Positions 56,678 through 64,000 of a DNA stretch of 64,000 nt are shown piece by piece. The translations under genes were made by a program, and so were the position numbers. The notes beneath the pieces were generated by a model. The model did not search any database and was not told the origin of the DNA. It saw nothing but the letters and a program-made list of their open reading frames with translations. The DNA is from Eledone cirrhosa (lineage: Eukaryota), in contig OZ024756.1 of NCBI GenBank assembly GCA_964016885.1, forward strand, positions 22,878,001 to 22,942,000, given 5' to 3'. Position 1 is the first letter of the stretch. Each line of letters opens with the position of its first letter.

Positions 56678-56826
56678 AAACAAAAAGAAGAACAAAAAGA
56701 AGAACAAAAAGAAGAAGAAGAAGAAGAAGAAGAAGAAGAAGAAGAAGAAGAAGAAGAAGAAGAAGAAGAAGAAGAAGAAGAAGAAGAAGAAGAAGAAGAA
56801 GAAGAAGAAGAAGAAGAAGAAGAAGA
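56636..56826. repeat. (CAA)n-(GAA)n compound microsatellite
   Basis: Direct reading. Confidence 0.95.
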
Positions 56827-57340
56827 CAAAGCAAAAATGAAGAAGAAATAGAAGATAAAAATGAACTGAAATAAGTCGATGGCGAAGAAGGAAATGTGCT
56901 TCTTAACCAGTATTTTTTTTAAATTATAATATCATGTTATAGTTCACAGTAAAATATTGCAGTATATAACTGTTGTCATTGTTATAAGGGTGGGCGAATG
57001 ATTCATTTTAATTCACACGTTGCGGTGCTCTTTGCTAACTTTACTGGAAATTAATTAGATTGAATTTTAAATGGCAAAACTTTTTTTTAGGTTACATTAC
57101 GTTGCGAATGCCATTATTAATGAACATATATCCACGTATTCACACACACACACACACACACACACATGTATATGTAAGCATATATGTATATACACCTACG
57201 CAGCATACATAGATATACACCTACACAGCATACATAATATATATATATATAATACATATATATACTATTTCTTCATTGTACTGTGTCGTTTACTTTGTTA
57301 TTTCTGTTTGCCTTTTGCAGATAGATATATATATATATAT

Positions 57341-57748
57341 ATTTCGTTTCTGAATTTGTTTAGCAAGATTCTTTATCTGAAAACGTGTGTTGAAACCGAT
57401 ATTGTTATACTTTGGGAGGGTCATGTTGCCAATAAGAAACACACGCACCAACTGCTTCACTCCAATTTATTATAAACTAAGCACACAACACACACACAAA
57501 CAAGATGGTGTAGGACAAAACAAAGGAGAGGCACAAAAACAAAGAAAAGAATCCCCAGTCACTGAAGAGGTCACAGAATGTGTGACGAAAGAACTTGGAC
57601 AATATATGAACAACCGTCCGGTTGTGGAACCAACCAACCAACCGGAAATTTATAAATTCTTAAATTTATAAATTTAATTTATAATAAATTGGAGTGAAAG
57701 CAACTGGTGCGTGTGTTTCTTATTGGCAACATGACCCTGCCAAAGCAT

Positions 57749-57756
<8 letters not shown>
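57341..57756. mobile_element. PLE family B inverted pair; hammerhead at 57558-57600 (+)
   Basis: Long-tail arm on minus, short arm on plus, (TA)n flanks. Confidence 0.8.
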
Positions 57757-57823
<67 letters not shown>

Positions 57824-58453
57824 GATCAAAAACAATGTTGCACCTTATATATAGACCTTATTGGCATATTGTAATTATTTCAATATCGATCAGCTCTGGG
57901 TACAATTATAATGAGTAGGGCCCGACCCTGCCCCAATATCTCATTAGATATGCCCGTTTATATGTGCAAAAACACAACTGATGTTATGTGCTTACTTAAC
58001 ATGTGTGTGTGTGTGCTTGTGCGTGTGCATGTGTGTGTGCGGTTACACACGCATACACCTTTCAGTGTACTTTCTCTCTTTCTCTCCTGATAATTACTAG
58101 AAATCATTCCTTAGTTATTTAACCGACTTCTATTTGATATCTTCATACCATATATATTATCTCTAACAGTTTCTTATACAAAATAATTCGTAATTACACG
58201 TTGTGTCTCTATATATTTTTTTGATTAAGCGTATATTTGCGCAAGCAAACACACAACCACACACATACAAATGCACAACCACACACATACAAATGCATAC
58301 ATATATAGACAGGAACAGCGAGAGGGAGAGGGGAGTGGTACAGATAAACACGTACCTATACACACACAAAATCGTGACGGGGAGTGGTACGTATAAACAC
58401 ATACAGGAGCAGCCAGAGGGGAAGGCGAATGATTTGGATAAACACACACACAT

Positions 58454-58510
<57 letters not shown>

Positions 58511-58554
58511 TTCAAAATATTAATAAATAAAGACATTCATGTAATCAAATATAT

Positions 58555-59092
58555 TTTTATACTTTGGGAGGGTCATGTTGCCAATAAGAAACACACGCAC
58601 CAGTTGCTTTCACTTCAATTTATTATATATTTATAAATTTATAAATTTACAAATCTACAAACTTATAAATTTCTGGTTGGTTGGTTGGTTCCACAACCAG
58701 ATAGTTGTTTATATATAGTCATAGTCTTTTCGTCACACACTCTGTGACCTCTTCAGTGACACACAAAAACAAAATGGCGTAGGACAGAAGAAAGGAAAGG
58801 CACAGAAACAAAGAAAGGAATCCCCAGTCACTGAAGAGGTCACAGAGTGTGTGACGAAAGGACTATGACTATATATAAACAACTATCTGGTTGTGGAACC
58901 AACCAACCAACCAGAAATTTATAAGTTTGTAGATTTGTAAATTTATAAATTTATAAATATATAATAAATTGAAGTGAAAGCATCTGGTGCGTGTGTTTCT
59001 TATTGGCAACATGACCCTGCCAAAGTATAACAATATCGGTTTCAACACACGATTTCAGATAAAGAATCTTGCTAAACAAATTCAGAAACCAA
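58555..59092. mobile_element. PLE family B inverted pair with a hammerhead in each arm
   Basis: Hammerheads at 58717-58760 (-) and 58826-58870 (+); arms ~200 bp. Confidence 0.8.
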
Positions 59093-59240
59093 ATATATTT
59101 TATTATATATATTTCAGAGGTACTGTGATGTTTCCTCAGTAGGTCCTCATCAGATAAAATATATAAATTGATGTATGACATACCTCAACTGTGCTGATGG
59201 TCACAATTCCAGTCTTGGCAGTCATATACATATATATATG

Positions 59241-59359
<119 letters not shown>

Positions 59360-59443
59360 GGAGACAGAAGGAAAATTGTACGAATAAACACATACATATA
59401 TGTGTACGAGGAGACAGAGAGGGAATCTCTAGGAATAAACACT

Positions 59444-59488
<45 letters not shown>

Positions 59489-59489
59489 G

Positions 59490-59650
59490 AAAGGCGACGA
59501 ATTGGCAGAGTCATTGAGACGTCGGATAGAGTGCTTTACCTTATTCGTGCCACCTCATTGCACCTTCTGAGTTCAAATCCCGCCGTGGTCAACTTCGCCT
59601 TTCATCCTTTCGAGGTCGATAAAAAAAAATACCAGTCCAGTACTGGGGCT
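59490..59650 (+). mobile_element. Older S1-related SINE
   Basis: TGGCAGAGTC...GAGTTCAAATCCCGCC...GCCTTTCATCCTTTCGAGGTCGATAAAA. Confidence 0.75.
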
Positions 59651-60087
59651 CGATTCTTCCTCTATACAAAAATTCGGCTGTGTTTAGACGTGGAGAGGGT
59701 TGGGCTCCGTCAGGTTTAATGTGCCCTAGACACGCCATATGACTATGCCTCTACGACTACACAAAGAGCTATAGGATCTTTATCCATTATATTATATACA
59801 GAGGAACCACGAGAGGGAGAGGGGGAGGTTGGGTGACGTGATCAAACAGACAGAATGAAGAAGAGATAAATTAATTACTCGTGAAATTTAAAGGATATCT
59901 AAATCTAATTATTTTCACCCTAAACAGATTACTTCCCACTTAGTAAAAAGTCTTACAAATTCGAAACATAAAATATCAACTTCACGAAACATTACACGTC
60001 TGAAACAAAATGAGGCAGGCGAATTAATGGAAAGCATTTGGCAGAAATAAGAAGTAACCATTTTGAGGACATCAATATATGGTCTAA

Positions 60088-60270
60088 TATTGTTTCTACT
60101 TTTGGCACAAGGCCATCAATTACCCAGTGCATTACTGGTACTTTATTTTATCGACCCCGTAAGGATGAAAGGCAAAGTTAACCTCGGTGGGATTTGAACT
60201 CAGACCGCAAAGGGACGTAACTATGCTGGAAAGCATGGCGTCCGACCCTCTACCGATACTGCCAAGCCAT
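60088..60270 (-). mobile_element. S1 SINE
   Basis: Full reverse-complement copy. Confidence 0.85.
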
Positions 60271-60370
60271 TGGGAACATTGAAGACATGGACAGGTCTAG
60301 AGTCTTTTCTGAGGTCTCTCATTAAAAATTATAACTGACAGTAGATGATCGTTTTCTCTTACACATACAA

Positions 60371-60403
<33 letters not shown>

Positions 60404-60491
60404 CACATGCACACACAAATACGTACATACATACATTCACACACACATATATATACAGGCACACATTCACACGCATATACATGCACACATT

Positions 60492-60524
<33 letters not shown>

Positions 60525-61480
60525 TTGTATGTGTATATATATATTTGTATGTATATATATATATATTTGTATATATATATATATTTGTATGTGTGTATAA
60601 TTATATATATCTGTATGTGTGTATATATATATATATTTGTATGTATATATATATATATATATTTGTATGTATATATATATATATATTTGTATGTATATGT
60701 ATATATATATATATTGGTATGTGTATATATATATATATATTTGTATGTATATATATATATATTTGTAGATATATATATATATATTTGTATGTATATATAT
60801 ATATATATATTTGTATGTATATATATATATATATATATTTGTATATATATATATATATATTTGTATATATATATATATATATTTGTATATATATATATAT
60901 ATTTGTATGTATATATATATATAATTTTTGTATGTATATATATATACAGTATATATATATTTCCTTTGATAGACGGAATTCTTGAAGTTGTAGTGGCAGA
61001 GGTGTTAAATCCAGTCGATGTTAACTTTGGCTTCCATCATTCCAGGGTTTAAGGGATTGATTATCTCCCTTTGGTTCATTTGTTATTCCGTAGTTAGCCC
61101 CTGCACATGGGTTTTAAAACCACAGCCTCGAAATGTGACCAGGTGTAACGAACATGAATCCGAAAGAGTCAGCACTTCATGAAAATATATAAGTACTATC
61201 CTCACATATGTATGTAGGTATATATGTATGAATCTGTGTATGTATGTGTGTGTATATATATATGAACGTATGTATATATGTATGTATGTATGTGTGTGTG
61301 TAAGTATTATGTTTGTGTGTAAGTATAAATGTGTGTGTGCATATATGCATGCATGAATGTGTGTGTGTATGAATGTCTGTATATATAAATGTGTGAGTGC
61401 ATTTATATATGTATGTATGTATGTATGGGTGAGAGTATGTGTGTTTGCATATGTGTATGTAAGTATCTGTTCTGTCACAA

Positions 61481-61528
<48 letters not shown>

Positions 61529-62241
61529 ATCTCATTGTTCCACTGTATATGTGCTTTGATTTATATATGTGTAAATATACATGTTTTTACCTGTAAACTG
61601 TGTATATACATTAATCATAATTAATGTATAAACACGTGTTTATACATTAATTATATACTACAGGTGTTTATACAATAATTATATACTACAGGTCTGGAAT
61701 ATTTTGCATAGTTTCACAGTTCCATTAACGGTATGTAACTCTAGTTTTCTAATTAGCCAATGTACTTTCTGGTTTTGAGACGAGCAGCTTCTAGCGATTG
61801 GTGCTGAAATAGTTTCTAATATACTCAAGTGGCCAATAATTACAGGTATGAATCTAAAACTATAATCAGAGTAGAGTATCTGTAGATTTCTCATACCAGC
61901 GTACAGGTTGTCTTTATTTTTTACTTATCATTAAATACAATGATTACATATGTTGAGCGTATGATTTCCACAACTACGCACAGTTTCTTTTTGCTATACC
62001 AGATCATTATATCTGGCCTGTCAAGATGAGTTCTACAAAGATTTTGACTGAATCATTCCAGCCCAATGGCTGCCATTGTTCAGATGTATGTAAAGGCAGG
62101 CTGTAACACCACTGATATGGACATTTCTTTTCACTGGCTAACTGTCTTCTGCTTTGTAAATTAATATCCCTCCTCTCATCTAGTGTTCAATATAGTATGT
62201 ATCTGTGTATGTATCTAAGCCATTGTGAGCGTAAACACACA

Positions 62242-62329
<88 letters not shown>

Positions 62330-62333
<4 letters not shown>

Positions 62334-62531
62334 AGTTAATTTATTTATTAATTAACAATAACATTGATTGATTTATTTATTTAAAAATTGTCAATTGACA
62401 ATTATTAAATAAATAAATAAATAAATAAATATATATAGATTTATTTATTTATTTAATAATTGTCAATTGACAATTTTTAAATAAATAAATAAATCAATGT
62501 TATTGTTAATTAATAAATAAATTAACTAATA
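62330..62531. repeat. AT-rich ~200-bp palindrome
   Basis: TATTAGTTAATTTATTTATTAATTAACAATAACATTGATT... is mirrored at 62437-62531. Confidence 0.85.
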
Positions 62532-62654
62532 CGTTAACACTTCACACAAAGTAAAATATTTTGTTTTAAACATTTTCTAACCCAGAAAAAAGAGAGAAAA
62601 ATAAAGGAAAAAAAAATATTTTTCTTCCTAATAATCGTTTTTTTCTCCCTATTT

Positions 62655-62738
<84 letters not shown>

Positions 62739-63192
62739 AAAAGAGACCGATAGAGTATGTGTGAGTGGGTGTGTATATATATATATATGAGGAAAATGAT
62801 AATATAAAAAGGTTTCGTAAAGCGCATCTGGTATATATATAAAAAAAAGTAGCTTCATAATATATACAAAAAATTCATAATAGCGAAGCTTGCTTTCTCC
62901 GTTCTAGATTTTCAAAACATTACTTATTAGGATAAATTGCCCTTTCGTCAAAACGCCTGTATGGCGGTTTGATTTTATACATATAATCAATTACAATAGT
63001 GAAATACGCAGATACTTAAGTTTCTTTGGTTTTAATGGGAACTCCGGACTGAGTGCTCTAATCACTTGAATATTTATATCAAGTTTGTACTACAATATAT
63101 ATATATATACATACACATATATATATATATACAAATATATATACATACATATACACATATATATATATATACAAATATATATACATACATAT

Positions 63193-63233
<41 letters not shown>

Positions 63234-63460
63234 AATATATATATATATATATATATACATATACAAATATATATACATACATACATGCATATACAAATAT
63301 ATATACATACATATACAAATATATATACATACATATATATATACATACATACATACATATATACATTCATATATATATATATACATACATACATATATAT
63401 ATACATTCATATATATATATATATACATACGTACATATATACATTCATATATATATATAT

Positions 63461-63515
<55 letters not shown>

Positions 63516-63747
63516 TAAATACATATACATACATAAACATACATACATACGTATACATATATACACACACACACACATATATTATATATATATATACATA
63601 TGTATATATATATACATGCAAACATATATATACATACGTATGCATATATATATATACACACACACATGCATATATATATATACACACACACATGCATATA
63701 TATATATACACACACATATATATATATACACACACACATATGTATAT

Positions 63748-63834
<87 letters not shown>

Positions 63835-64000
63835 TATGTATATACACACATATATATACAGACACACATATATATATACTCATATATATATATGTATACA
63901 CACACATATATATATATACACATATATATATATGTATACACACACACATATATATATATACACATATATATATACACACATATATATATATACACACACA

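Overview
Very repeat-rich, AT-rich eukaryotic DNA. The SINE families and the density of (TA)n/(CA)n/(GA)n tracts suggest a cephalopod, probably Octopus; this is recognition from memory, not a database result. No intact host protein-coding gene is visible, and almost all ORF-track entries are microsatellite translations. Supported content: a 5'-truncated RTE-type LINE with one nonsense codon, a deleted mariner with unusually long inverted ends, hAT/Tigger/mariner MITEs, about 20 tRNA-derived SINE copies and several minisatellites. There is also a candidate promoter and first exon on the minus strand near 2.3-2.55 kb. The most notable signal is a set of short, mutually unrelated elements inserted into (TA)n. 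They look like Penelope-like-element (PLE) pseudo-LTR fragments, and one is attached to a GIY-YIG C-terminus. Many carry minimal type I hammerhead ribozymes and are arranged as asymmetric inverted pairs. At least five families share a covarying 3'-tail hairpin: ACUC / inner helix / 2-nt bulge / GAGU-DCUY. Family letters A-G are my own labels, and all folds were done by eye.
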